Origin: Gemmatimonas phototrophica
GTDB lineage: Bacteria; Gemmatimonadota; Gemmatimonadetes; Gemmatimonadales; Gemmatimonadaceae
Reading direction: 5' to 3'
DNA length: 43,014 nucleotides
NCBI GenBank assembly: GCA_945870175.1
Contig: CAMBRJ010000001.1
Span: 1 to 43,014, forward strand
Positions 27,847-36,790 of this stretch are shown here, piece after piece (the first letter of the stretch is position 1; each line of letters begins with the position of its first letter). A program made the position numbers and the translations under genes. Below the pieces are notes generated by a model. It had not been told where the DNA came from. It searched no databases and was given only the letters and a program-made list of their open reading frames with translations.

Positions 27847-28770
27847 TCATACCAGGCGCCGCGCGCCCCGCTTTCCGGTTACCGCTAACACCACCAGGGT
27901 GAGCACGTAGGGGACGGCGAGGAATAGCTGATACGGTATGCCGCTCCAGCCCATCGACTGGAAGAGCGTCTGCAGCGAGGTCGCGGCACCGAACAGCAAG
28001 GCTCCCGCCGCGACGCCGAGCGGGCGCCACCGTCCCAACACCACGATCGCGATCGCGATAAAACCGCGCCCGGCGGACATCCCCTCCACGAACGTGCCCG
28101 CTTGCGCCAGCACCAGGGTGGCTCCGGCGAGGCCCGCCATCGCGCCAGCAAACAGCACCGCGTACAGCTGAGTTCGCTTTGGCGAGATCCCCGCGGCGAT
28201 CGCGGCCTGTGGGGATTCGCCCACGGCCCGCAGCGCCAGCCCGGCATGGGTTCGTTGCATCCACCACGCCAACAGCGGCGCGATCAGGTACAGCGCATAG
28301 GTCACCACCGGCTGGGCGAAGAAGGCGCGACCGATCACCGGCAACGCCGACAGGACGGGGATGGCGTGCGTGGCGGCCGTAGGGGTGGTCAGCGCCACGC
28401 CGCCCGCGCCGTACACGGTGCGATACACGGTGCCCGTGAGCCCCAGGGCGAAGAGCGTGATCGCCGTGCCCGTGATGATCTGGTCGGCGCGCAGCCCCAC
28501 CGCGAACAGGGCGAACAGCGCCGCGACCAGCAATCCGGCCACGGCTCCGGCGGCAAAGCCTCCACCCACACCGAGTGCACCCGCCGCGATCGTCGCGCTG
28601 AGCGCCCCCGCGATGATCGAGCCTTCGAGACCGATGTTGATCACGCCGGCCCGCTCGCTCACACTCTCGCCCAACGCCGCATACGCCAGTGGCGTCGCGG
28701 TGCGCACCGTGGCCTCCAGCAGGCCAGCGGCGACGGCCAGCGCGCCCACACTCACGGTCACGTCTTGCAT
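27847..28770 (-). CDS. ABC transporter permease (nucleoside/sugar CUT2 type)
   Basis: ATPLAYAALGE..SERAGVINIGLEG, RADQIITG, GLALRAVGE, GRGFIAIAIV; ATG 28770 overlaps the upstream stop. Confidence 0.92.
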   Translation of the reverse strand: MQDVTVSVGALAVAAGLLEATVRTATPLAYAALGESVSERAGVINIGLEGSIIAGALSATIAAGALGVGGGFAAGAVAGLLVAALFALFAVGLRADQIITGTAITLFALGLTGTVYRTVYGAGGVALTTPTAATHAIPVLSALPVIGRAFFAQPVVTYALYLIAPLLAWWMQRTHAGLALRAVGESPQAAIAAGISPKRTQLYAVLFAGAMAGLAGATLVLAQAGTFVEGMSAGRGFIAIAIVVLGRWRPLGVAAGALLFGAATSLQTLFQSMGWSGIPYQLFLAVPYVLTLVVLAVTGKRGARRLV

Positions 28771-29816
28771 CAGGTGCCCGTCTCGTCGGCACGCGATGGC
28801 CGCCAGCGGTCGGCCGCCAACACCAGCAGAATCAGCAACGCCTCCACTACCGACACCACGACATTCGGCACGCCGGCATCGCGCTGCATCGCGTTCGCCC
28901 CCGCTTCGAGCGCGCCGAACAGCAGGGCGGTGGCCACGACGCCCAATGGATGCAATCGCGCCAGCAAGGCCACCGCGATCGCCGTGTAACCGTAGCCGGG
29001 CGAGAAGTTTTCGTACAACGCGTAGGTGATGCCGGTGTACTCCACCGAGCCCGCCAATCCCGCCAGCAATCCGCTCACGAGGAACGCGCCGAACATCGTA
29101 CGCGGGACATCGATGCCACCGGCACTGGCCGCCGCGGTTGGGGTGGTCCCCACCGCGCGTATCCGGAATCCGCTGGCCGTACGGCGCAGCCACCACCACA
29201 CCGCGATCGCCACCACCACCACGAGCAGGACACCGGCGTGCAGGCGTGTGCCCTCGAGCAGCACCGGCATTTGCAATTCTGGAGCGAGTGTCACCGACTG
29301 TGGATTCACACGCGCGGGTTCCTGCAATGGACCACGCACCAGCCACCCTGTGAGATACTGCGCCACGAAATTGAGCATGATCGTGCTAATCACTTCCAGC
29401 ACGCCGAATCGCAGACGCAAGGCGCCCGCGATCGCAGCCCACGCACCACCCGCGATCGCCCCCGCGCCCAACATCACCGGAATGCCGATGAACCACGGAA
29501 CCCCACCAAGCGTGCCGCTGATTGCCGTGGCCGCCGCTGCACCCACCAGCAACTGTCCCTCGGCTCCGATATTCAGAATGCCGGCACGGAACGCTACCGA
29601 TACCGCGAGGCCAGCCAGGGCCAACGGAACCATGCGTACGATCGTGGCCGACGTGATCGCGTAATACGACCCGAATGCGCCGCGCACCAGCGCCGACAAG
29701 GCGGGGATGACCTCGTGTCCGGTCGCGATCAATAGCACGGCCAGCATTCCGAGTGCGACCGCCAGCAGCACCAGCACGCGTGCCGTCGTCGCCGCGAACG
29801 AGCGTAGGGCCGTCAT
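28770..29816 (-). CDS. ABC transporter permease (nucleoside/sugar CUT2 type)
   Basis: AFRAGILNIGAEGQ, EVISTIMLN, GFRIRAVG, GYGYTAIAVALLARLHP. Confidence 0.92.
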   Translation of the reverse strand: MTALRSFAATTARVLVLLAVALGMLAVLLIATGHEVIPALSALVRGAFGSYYAITSATIVRMVPLALAGLAVSVAFRAGILNIGAEGQLLVGAAAATAISGTLGGVPWFIGIPVMLGAGAIAGGAWAAIAGALRLRFGVLEVISTIMLNFVAQYLTGWLVRGPLQEPARVNPQSVTLAPELQMPVLLEGTRLHAGVLLVVVVAIAVWWWLRRTASGFRIRAVGTTPTAAASAGGIDVPRTMFGAFLVSGLLAGLAGSVEYTGITYALYENFSPGYGYTAIAVALLARLHPLGVVATALLFGALEAGANAMQRDAGVPNVVVSVVEALLILLVLAADRWRPSRADETGT

Positions 29817-31375
29817 GCGTCTATCCCGGCCGGCATGTCGGCACTGACGACGGCGGCGCCACTCAACATCGCGCGACCGAGTGCGTCGCGATCCTTCGCG
29901 CTCTCGAGCAAGGTGCCGTCGTGCATCGCGAACACGCGATCGGCCAACAGCACTACTTCATCGAGATCACTGCTGTACACCACCACCGCCATGCCCGCGT
30001 CGCGCGCCTCCCGCAGCGCCCGATGCACCGCGTCGGTGGCCACGAAGTCCAAGCCGCGTGACGGATTCTCGACCACGAGCGCCTCGCCGGCCGCCTCAAG
30101 TTCACGTCCGAGCACGAGCTTCTGCTGGTTGCCGCCGGAGAGGGTTCTCGCCACGGCGTCGGCGCCCGCGGCGCGCACATCGAATCGGTGCAGCATGGCC
30201 GCTGTGCGCGCGCGAAACGCGTTCCAGTCGATCACCCCGCGTCGTGCGCCGGCGCCCTCTAGGGCCGTGTTCTCGAACAGCGGCGCATCGAGCAGCAGGG
30301 CATCGCGATGACGATCTTCCGGCACAAATCCCACGCGCGCGGGAATGACACGGCGGCCTGCTGTTGGTGAGCGGCGCCCGGCCAGCACGCGCAACAGTTC
30401 GTGCTGCCCCGCACCTTCCACGGCGCCGATCCCGACGATCTCGCCGGCGCGCACCTGCAGCGTGGCCGATCGCACGCGGTCCACGCCGTTGGCATCGCGC
30501 ACCGATACCGCATCGAGCGCGAGCACGATCGACCGCGCGCTGACAACGGCGTCGGGCGGCCCCACGCTGAGCGCCGCATGCGGTGTGTCTCGAGTGTCGC
30601 TGTCAGTGCGCACCTCGGCCGTGCGCACCTCGGCCGTTCGCACCGTGGCACCGCCCAGCATCGCATCGGCCACCCGCGCCTGATCGGTGTCGCGTGCCGG
30701 CGTGGTGAGCACAGTCCGTCCGCGGTGCAGCACGGTGATGTCGTCGGCTACCGCGAGCGCATCGCGCAACTTGTGCGTGATGAGTACCACCGAATTGCCG
30801 GCATCCGCATACCCGCGCATCCAGCGCAGCAACTCGGCGGCCTCGGTCGGCGCCAGCACCGCCGTGGGCTCGTCGAGAATGAGCAACGTCACGTCACGGG
30901 CGAGCGCCTTCACGATTTCGCAGCGCTGCTGCGCACCGACCGGTACGTCCTGCACGCGGGCGTTCGGGTCGAGAACGAGTCCCGCCCGTGCGGCAACGTC
31001 GCGCACCCGATCCGCCGTCTGCTGCGGATCGAACCCGCCATGTCCGCCGAGTGCGATGTTCTCGGCCACGGTCATACTGGGCACCAGCGTGAAATGCTGG
31101 TGCACCATGCCGATGCCGTGCGCCAACGCATCGGCCGGCGACCGCATCGTGATCGGCGCGCCGCGCCAGTGCATCTCGCCCTGCTGTGCGCGCAACAGTC
31201 CGAAGACCACGCGCATGAGCGTTGTCTTGCCGGCGCCGTTCTCTCCCAGTAGCGCATGCACGCTGCCGGCGCGGACCTGGAGCGCCGCGCCGTCGAGCGC
31301 GCGCATGCGGCCGAACGTGTGCGTGATGCCGTCGAGCGAGAGGAGTACGGCGCCCGTCGGCGTAGTCGTCACCAT
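29813..31375 (-). CDS. ABC transporter ATP-binding protein (tandem ABC domains)
   Basis: LLGENGAGKTTL, GMVHQHF, ILDEPT; second domain VPEDRH, LSGGNQQK. Confidence 0.94.
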   Translation of the reverse strand: MVTTTPTGAVLLSLDGITHTFGRMRALDGAALQVRAGSVHALLGENGAGKTTLMRVVFGLLRAQQGEMHWRGAPITMRSPADALAHGIGMVHQHFTLVPSMTVAENIALGGHGGFDPQQTADRVRDVAARAGLVLDPNARVQDVPVGAQQRCEIVKALARDVTLLILDEPTAVLAPTEAAELLRWMRGYADAGNSVVLITHKLRDALAVADDITVLHRGRTVLTTPARDTDQARVADAMLGGATVRTAEVRTAEVRTDSDTRDTPHAALSVGPPDAVVSARSIVLALDAVSVRDANGVDRVRSATLQVRAGEIVGIGAVEGAGQHELLRVLAGRRSPTAGRRVIPARVGFVPEDRHRDALLLDAPLFENTALEGAGARRGVIDWNAFRARTAAMLHRFDVRAAGADAVARTLSGGNQQKLVLGRELEAAGEALVVENPSRGLDFVATDAVHRALREARDAGMAVVVYSSDLDEVVLLADRVFAMHDGTLLESAKDRDALGRAMLSGAAVVSADMPAGIDA

Positions 31376-31378
31376 CGC

Positions 31379-31419
31379 GTGGGGATCACGATCCTGTGGG
31401 GATCACGATCCCGTGGGGA
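31379..31419. repeat. 17-bp tandem duplication across the Nif3 stop codon
   Basis: GTGGGGATCACGATCCY x2 plus GTGGGGA (31379, 31396, 31413). Confidence 0.9.
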
Positions 31420-32239
31420 GGTGCAGGAACGTCCAAGGGAGTCCGAAGCGCGTTTCGAGGAACGCACCGAGCGCTTGGACGCCAAGCGTCTCCGTGGCAT
31501 AGTGCCCGGCATACACGACACAGAGGTCGTGCTCCATGGCATCGACCGTGGTGTGGTGCGGTCCCTCACCCACGATAAGCGTATCGACGCCGCGCTCACG
31601 GGCTTCACGCAGTGTCTCGGAGGAGGCGCCGCCGCCGGTGCAGATCGCCCACCGATGCGTGCGACGGCCCTGCGCCGGAATTGACGTCCGCACATTACCG
31701 CCGTAGCGGGCCGAGAAGGCCTGGACGCGACTGACCACGTCGTCGGTGGGCTCGTTGGCCGTGCCGGTGACTCCGATGTCTACCGTTTTGAAGCGAGCGA
31801 AGCCACCATCGGGAGTCAGTCCCAATGCCTGGGCCAATCGCACGTTGTTGCCATGTTCGGCGTGCAGATCGAGCGGCAGATGCGACGCATACACCGCCAG
31901 TCCGTTGGCGAGTATCGAGCGGAACTTCTCGTACGGCATCCCGACCAGCGGTTGCACGCCGCTCCAGAACAGCCCGTGGTGCACGATAAGGAGGTCGGCC
32001 CCCGAGATCACCGCTTCGGCAATCGCAGCCCGCGAGGCATCGACCGCCACCGCGACGCGATGCACGGTGCCGGGGTTGGCGACTTGAAGGCCGTTCACTG
32101 CGCCCGGATAGTCGGGGATGTCACGGGTGCGCAGCTCGGCGTCGAGCGCCGACACGATGTCGCGCAGCGGCACGGATGGCAGGGCGCTGCCGTTCCCGCT
32201 GGCCGCGGTGAGAATGCGATCGGTCGCTGGCGTGGACAT
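31403..32239 (-). CDS. Nif3-like dinuclear metal center protein (DUF34/YbgI)
   Basis: NGLQV, LLIVHHGLFW, YASHLPLDLH..GNN, AGHYATE. Confidence 0.93.
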   Translation of the reverse strand: MSTPATDRILTAASGNGSALPSVPLRDIVSALDAELRTRDIPDYPGAVNGLQVANPGTVHRVAVAVDASRAAIAEAVISGADLLIVHHGLFWSGVQPLVGMPYEKFRSILANGLAVYASHLPLDLHAEHGNNVRLAQALGLTPDGGFARFKTVDIGVTGTANEPTDDVVSRVQAFSARYGGNVRTSIPAQGRRTHRWAICTGGGASSETLREARERGVDTLIVGEGPHHTTVDAMEHDLCVVYAGHYATETLGVQALGAFLETRFGLPWTFLHLPTGS

Positions 32240-32242
32240 GGG

Positions 32243-33286
32243 TTACTTCGCGGGTGGCAGAGGCTTCGCGCTGTCCGTGCCGTGCAGCAGGTCGGCGAGT
32301 CCGGTGAAGGTGCCGGCCTTGAGCAGCACGCCAACAGAATCACTGGCCGCGATCGCGGCGGCGGGTACGCGATCGCGCAGGGTGGGATTTACGACCAGCC
32401 GTACCACGTCATCCTTCACACCGAGGTTGATCACGCGTCCCGTGAAGGTGCCGGCCTGCACTTCGCGCGCAAGCATGAGAAACGCTTTCGGCAAATCGAT
32501 CACGACGCTGGCAATGATGACGTCGGGGGCAACGCTGTTCTGGTCCGCGTTCGTACCGAAGGCGAGGATCTTTTTCTCGCGCGCCGCCTGAAACACTCCC
32601 AGACCGGCGGCGTCGGCGTTCTGAAAAATGATGTCGACTCCCTGCGCGATCTGGGCCAATGCCTGTTCCTTGCCGGCGCTCACGTCTTCCCAGTTGCCGA
32701 TGTACGACGTGATGACGCTGACCTTCGCGTTGACGGACTTGGCGCCGCGCTCGAAGGCGAGAAAACTGGTCTTCACCGGCGGCAATTCGGTGCCGGCAAT
32801 GAGACCGATTTTGTTCGTCTTGGTCATCGCGCCGGCGATCATGCCCGCCTGATACGACGCTTCTTCGAACGCGAAGGCGATGCCGGCGACGTTGGGCGCG
32901 GTTACCCGGCCCGAGGTGATGGCGTAGTTCGTCTTCGGGTAGCCGGGCGCCACGCGGGTGGCGGCCTCTTGGTACTCGAAGCCATTGCCGATCACGAGGT
33001 CATATCCCTGCGCCCCATACTGCCGGAAGTTCTCGTCGAATTCAGCCGGCGTTTTGGTCTGGATGTGCGACGTTGCTGCGCCCAGCGAATCACGGATCGC
33101 GAGCAGCCCTTCGTGCGCGATGCCGTTCCATGACTTGTCCGAGATCGGGCCGGGGGTGAGCAGCGCCACCCGCATCTTCTTGACGCCGGTGGAATCGGCG
33201 GTCGTACCGGTCTTCTCCCCTCCGCAGGCAACGAGGAGACTGAGCAGGGCGCCCGCAGTAACGCGGGCGAAGCGTATCGTATACAT
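32243..33286 (-). CDS. BMP-family ABC substrate-binding lipoprotein (PnrA/TmpC-like)
   Basis: Lipobox LVAC, ISDKSWN, GYDLVIG, EASYQAG, GVDIIFQNA; SD AAGGA before ATG 33286. Confidence 0.92.
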   Translation of the reverse strand: MYTIRFARVTAGALLSLLVACGGEKTGTTADSTGVKKMRVALLTPGPISDKSWNGIAHEGLLAIRDSLGAATSHIQTKTPAEFDENFRQYGAQGYDLVIGNGFEYQEAATRVAPGYPKTNYAITSGRVTAPNVAGIAFAFEEASYQAGMIAGAMTKTNKIGLIAGTELPPVKTSFLAFERGAKSVNAKVSVITSYIGNWEDVSAGKEQALAQIAQGVDIIFQNADAAGLGVFQAAREKKILAFGTNADQNSVAPDVIIASVVIDLPKAFLMLAREVQAGTFTGRVINLGVKDDVVRLVVNPTLRDRVPAAAIAASDSVGVLLKAGTFTGLADLLHGTDSAKPLPPAK

Positions 33287-33366
33287 GAAGGTATCCTTGC
33301 GGATGTTTAGTCGCGTTGATGCGTCAATAGTGGCGCTTTCATGGCACATAAACACCCGAACTTTAG

Positions 33367-34347
33367 CTAGTCGAGTGAGACGCCAAGAAGGTCGAGCAGG
33401 CGCTCAAGATCATCGTTGGAGAAGAACGCGATGCGGACTTCGCCTTTGTCCTTGGCTGATAGCTGAATGGACACGCCCGTCTGGAGTTTCCGACGCAGGC
33501 GCTCTTCGATCTGGCGTACGGTGGCGGCCGAGGCGCCGGCGGGAATGACGTTTTGGTCCTCCGGCTGCTTCTTCCCGGCGGCCGGGGGTTTGGGGCGACC
33601 GGCCTGCACGCGACGCTCGACTTCGCGGACGGAGAGCCCGCCATCGATGATACTGCGGGCCATGTCTACGATCGCGCGTTCAGTGGCGAGCGGGAGCAGG
33701 GCTCTGGCGTGTCCGGCGGTGAGCTGTTTCTCCTGCAACATCCGTCGCACCGAGGCCGGGAGCTGGCGGAGGCGGAGGGCATTGGCGACGGTCGAGCGAT
33801 CCTTTCCGACGACGTCGGCGACTTCCTGGTTGTTGAGCTGGAATTCGTCGACGAGTCGCTGGTAGCCGTCGGCCTCTTCGATCGGGTCGAGGTCGGCGCG
33901 CTGGAGGTTCTCGATCATCGCCAACACGAGCAGCGTCTTGTCGTCGACGGTTTTCACGAGCGCGGGGATCTCGGTCCAGCCCAAGCGAGACGCGGCGCGG
34001 AAACGGCGCTCGCCGGCGATCAGCTCGTAGCCGGCGCCATTCGGGGCAGGGCGGACGGTGATGGGCTGGAGCAGACCGTTGATCCGCAAACTCGCTTCGA
34101 GGTCGGCCAGTTCTTCAGGCCGGAATTCTTGACGCGGCTGATAGGGATTGGCGCGAATTTGCGACAGCTTGAGCGTGCGAAGCGGGGACTCTTCGTGCTC
34201 GACGTCGGGCACCGCGGCGGCACTACTGCGTGCGCCCGTGGCGCCTGTGTCAGCGGCAGCGGGTTTCGGCGCGTCTTTCGGGCTGTCGCGTCGGGCAAGC
34301 AGGGCATCGAGGCCGCGTCCGAGGCGGCGAGGGGGTTCAGGCGTCAT
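33367..34347 (-). CDS. parB: Chromosome partitioning protein ParB
   Basis: LGRGLDALL, NPYQPR, GLLQPITVR, IAGERRFRA, ENLQRADL, GKDRSTVANALRL, GHARALL. Confidence 0.98.
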   Translation of the reverse strand: MTPEPPRRLGRGLDALLARRDSPKDAPKPAAADTGATGARSSAAAVPDVEHEESPLRTLKLSQIRANPYQPRQEFRPEELADLEASLRINGLLQPITVRPAPNGAGYELIAGERRFRAASRLGWTEIPALVKTVDDKTLLVLAMIENLQRADLDPIEEADGYQRLVDEFQLNNQEVADVVGKDRSTVANALRLRQLPASVRRMLQEKQLTAGHARALLPLATERAIVDMARSIIDGGLSVREVERRVQAGRPKPPAAGKKQPEDQNVIPAGASAATVRQIEERLRRKLQTGVSIQLSAKDKGEVRIAFFSNDDLERLLDLLGVSLD

Positions 34348-34357
34348 AAATGCTACG

Positions 34358-34370
34358 TAAGTGCTTGATA
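34358..34370. promoter_or_regulatory. IHF-consensus site in the parA-parB spacer
   Basis: The - strand reads TATCAAGCACTTA, matching WATCAANNNNTTR exactly, inside an AT-rich 32-bp spacer. Confidence 0.5.
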
Positions 34371-34379
34371 CAATGAATG

Positions 34380-35174
34380 TTACGCGCCTTCGCCCGACGT
34401 TGATGCGGCAGCCGTACGATCGATGAGTTCGCGGGCGACGGCCATGTAGGCCTGAGCGCCGACGGACGACACGTCATATACCACGATCGGCTTGCCGAAG
34501 CTCGGGGCTTCCGCGAGTCGGATGTTTCTCGGGATGACGGTCGTGAAGACCGTGTCGCCGAAATGGGCTCTGGCGTCGGCGGCGACTTGTCTTGAGAGAT
34601 TCAAGCGGGCGTCGTACATGGTGAGCAGGACGCTGTCGACTTCGAGCGCGGGGTTGAGTGATTCCTGGACGCGCTGCACCGTCCCGAGCAGCTGCGAGAG
34701 TCCCTCGAGGGCGTAGTACTCGCACTGAAGCGGAATCAGGATCGCATCGGCCGCGGTGAGCATGTTCAGCGTGATCAGGCCGAGTGAGGGCGGGCAATCG
34801 ATCAGGATGAAGTCGTAGCGATCGCGGATCGGGGCGAGTGCGTCTCGCATACGCGTGCCGCGGTTTTCGGCATCGACGAGTTCGACCTCGGCGCCTGAGA
34901 GCTCAGGCGTGGTGGGGAGGACGTCGAGATGGCGGAACTGGACGTTGCGGATGAGGGCCTGATCGACGGATGCACCGCCGATGAGGACGTCGTAGCAGTC
35001 CACGGTGAAGTCATCGCGGGAGATCCCGCAGCCGCTGGTGGCGTTGCCTTGGGGGTCGGCATCGATGAGCAGCGTGCGCTGCTCTGCGACGGCGAGCGAG
35101 GCAGCGAGGTTCACAGCGGTGGTGGTCTTACCGACTCCACCTTTCTGGTTGGCGATAGCGAGGATGCGTGCCAA
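34380..35174 (-). CDS. parA: Chromosome partitioning ATPase ParA/Soj
   Basis: IANQKGGVGKTTT, DADPQGNATSG, IDCPPSLG, QCEYYALEG, IPRNIRLAEAPSFG. Start trimmed to TTG 35174. Confidence 0.98.
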   Translation of the reverse strand: MARILAIANQKGGVGKTTTAVNLAASLAVAEQRTLLIDADPQGNATSGCGISRDDFTVDCYDVLIGGASVDQALIRNVQFRHLDVLPTTPELSGAEVELVDAENRGTRMRDALAPIRDRYDFILIDCPPSLGLITLNMLTAADAILIPLQCEYYALEGLSQLLGTVQRVQESLNPALEVDSVLLTMYDARLNLSRQVAADARAHFGDTVFTTVIPRNIRLAEAPSFGKPIVVYDVSSVGAQAYMAVARELIDRTAAASTSGEGA

Positions 35175-35321
35175 GAGTCGTCTGCGAGGGGGGTGCGCGG
35201 GGAGCGGAAGTATAGGCCCCACTTCGGTCGGGGACTATCGTGTGAGCAGACCAATCCGGTGGTTTGTGGCAGGAATTCAGCGCTTTTGACGCATTGGGTC
35301 CGATTCGACCTGCTGGCGCGC

Positions 35322-35337
35322 TGTTTCACGTGAAACC
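35322..35337. promoter_or_regulatory. parS centromere site 1
   Basis: TGTTTCACGTGAAACC versus consensus TGTTTCACGTGAAACA; upstream of parA. Confidence 0.92.
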
Positions 35338-35375
35338 CATCGCCGTACCAGGGACCCACCGGGGCGATATCTCGT

Positions 35376-35391
35376 CGTTTCACGTGGAACG
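35376..35391. promoter_or_regulatory. parS centromere site 2
   Basis: CGTTTCACGTGGAACG, extended palindrome GTCGTTTCACGTGGAACGAC. Confidence 0.9.
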
Positions 35392-35399
35392 ACTACCAA

Positions 35400-35434
35400 G
35401 AAAAGGGGGAGGCCTGACAATCAGGCCTCCCCCT
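35400..35434 (-). terminator. Intrinsic terminator of the SIMPL gene
   Basis: Perfect 14-bp stem AGGGGGAGGCCTGA/TCAGGCCTCCCCCT ending in a T-run on the - strand. Confidence 0.85.
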
Positions 35435-35458
35435 CTCGCGTTCAACCGACCGTGCGGG

Positions 35459-36217
35459 CTACTTCGTGAACCGCCAGCGTGTCGTCACGCTCACCGCAAC
35501 GGTTGCCATTCCTTCGTTGACCGGCGTCGGCGTCGACGCATCGGCCATCTCCATCTTCGCCATGGCCATCATGGCCCGCGGCTGCGGCCGTTCGTACTCG
35601 TTGATGTTGAGCTCAAGTAGTTCGGCGATCTGTCCGCCGGCTGCCCTCGCCGCGACTTCTGCCTGACGGCGGGCGCTCTCCACCGCCATCGTGAGGGCGG
35701 TTTCCTGCGCCTTCGCCCGGTCCTTCACCAGGAAGTCGAGCCCGGCCACCCGATTGCCGCCATTCGTGAGCGCGGCGTCGATGATCGGTCCCGCCTGCTC
35801 GATCTTGTCGGTCACCACCTGCACGATGTTGCTGACCTGATATCCGTCGATCACGACGCGTTGTGTCTTCGCATCGTATCGCTGGATCGGCATGACGCTG
35901 TAGTTCAGCGTCTGCACCTGCGACGCGGGAATGCCCAGGGCGCGGATGGCGGCCAGGATCACCGTCTGCTTCCGGTTGTTTTCCTGCGAGGCCAGCGCGG
36001 CGGTCTTGGCCTGCGTCTCCATGCCGACCTGTACCTGCGCGCGATCCGGCGCCACCTGCACTTCTCCGCGCCCACCCACCACGATCTGCGGCGGCGGCTG
36101 TGGCATCGACATCTGGGCCGCGGCTGGCGTGGCGAGCACGGCGGCGGCGAGGGCGCCGAGCACGAATGCGGCGGCAGTTAGTGGGCGAACCGCCCGGTTA
36201 GACCGGTGCATGATCAT
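35459..36217 (-). CDS. SIMPL (DUF541) domain periplasmic protein
   Basis: Signal peptide, IVVGGRGEVQVAPDRA, GYQVSNIVQV, AVESARRQAE; SD GAGGAG before ATG 36217. Confidence 0.9.
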   Translation of the reverse strand: MIMHRSNRAVRPLTAAAFVLGALAAAVLATPAAAQMSMPQPPPQIVVGGRGEVQVAPDRAQVQVGMETQAKTAALASQENNRKQTVILAAIRALGIPASQVQTLNYSVMPIQRYDAKTQRVVIDGYQVSNIVQVVTDKIEQAGPIIDAALTNGGNRVAGLDFLVKDRAKAQETALTMAVESARRQAEVAARAAGGQIAELLELNINEYERPQPRAMMAMAKMEMADASTPTPVNEGMATVAVSVTTRWRFTK

Positions 36218-36502
36218 GGCGAATCTCCTCATCTATAAAGAAGGCGTGTGGTGGCGATTGGCTTATACCCCGTACCGCCATTTTCGGTCAAATCCGGCAC
36301 CGTTTGATGGCGAACCGTACGATAAATGCTGTGAAACGTGATGGATTAGAATATCACTATAACGTCATCATCATGCCATTATAAAGCCAAATATCGATAT
36401 CGTGCGGGATTCCCAGTTTTGCGCTGATATACCGAGTTGGGGCAGACTGACGACTCTTTTCGGAGACGAACAGATCCGGCAAAGCTGCACACGTTCTGAG
36501 CA

Positions 36503-36738
36503 GTTCTTCGCGCCCTTCGCGGACTTCGCGTCCTTCGCGTCAAACAGCGGTGCTTTCGGCCTGCTCGGTGCCATCGGACAGCGAGCTGGTTCACGCGAAG
36601 GACGCGAAGGACGCGAAGACCGCGAAGAACGGCAAAAGAAAGACTTTGGATGAATTTCGTGCGGGCAGAGGGTGTTGCGTCAACACCAAGGGGTGTGGTG
36701 GCTGTTCTTCGCGGCCCTTCGCGCCCTTCGCGCGAACC
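36503..36738. repeat. Three inverted arrays of a 9-nt-period repeat (CGCGAAG core, 11 copies)
   Basis: CTTCGCG at 36506/15/24/33; CGCGAAG at 36594/603/612/621; CTTCGCG at 36707/17/26. Confidence 0.93.
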
Positions 36739-36790
36739 GCGGTACTCGCCGACCACTCGACGCCGTCCGTCGGCACCCCGCACGCACACC

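Noticed and set aside
28771-29346. Long N-terminal extensions in the ORF track (second permease, also yidC, yidD, dctA, parA, kinase)
   Set aside because: They overlap neighbouring genes or promoters and are low-complexity; conserved sequence begins at the downstream starts reported.
33287-33366. Purine riboswitch or LacI operator upstream of the nucleoside-binding lipoprotein
   Set aside because: Only 80 nt with no aptamer core; TGAAAGCGC is a half-site only.
36447-36473. Hammerhead-ribozyme-like CTGACGA..stem..GAA
   Set aside because: The stem after CTGACGA is followed by ACGAAC rather than GAAA, and stems I and III could not be formed convincingly.
36503-36738. Possible CRISPR array
   Set aside because: Units are 9 nt with no unique spacers, the arrays are inverted, and there are no cas genes. 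The 16652-16701 repeat fails for lack of spacers too.
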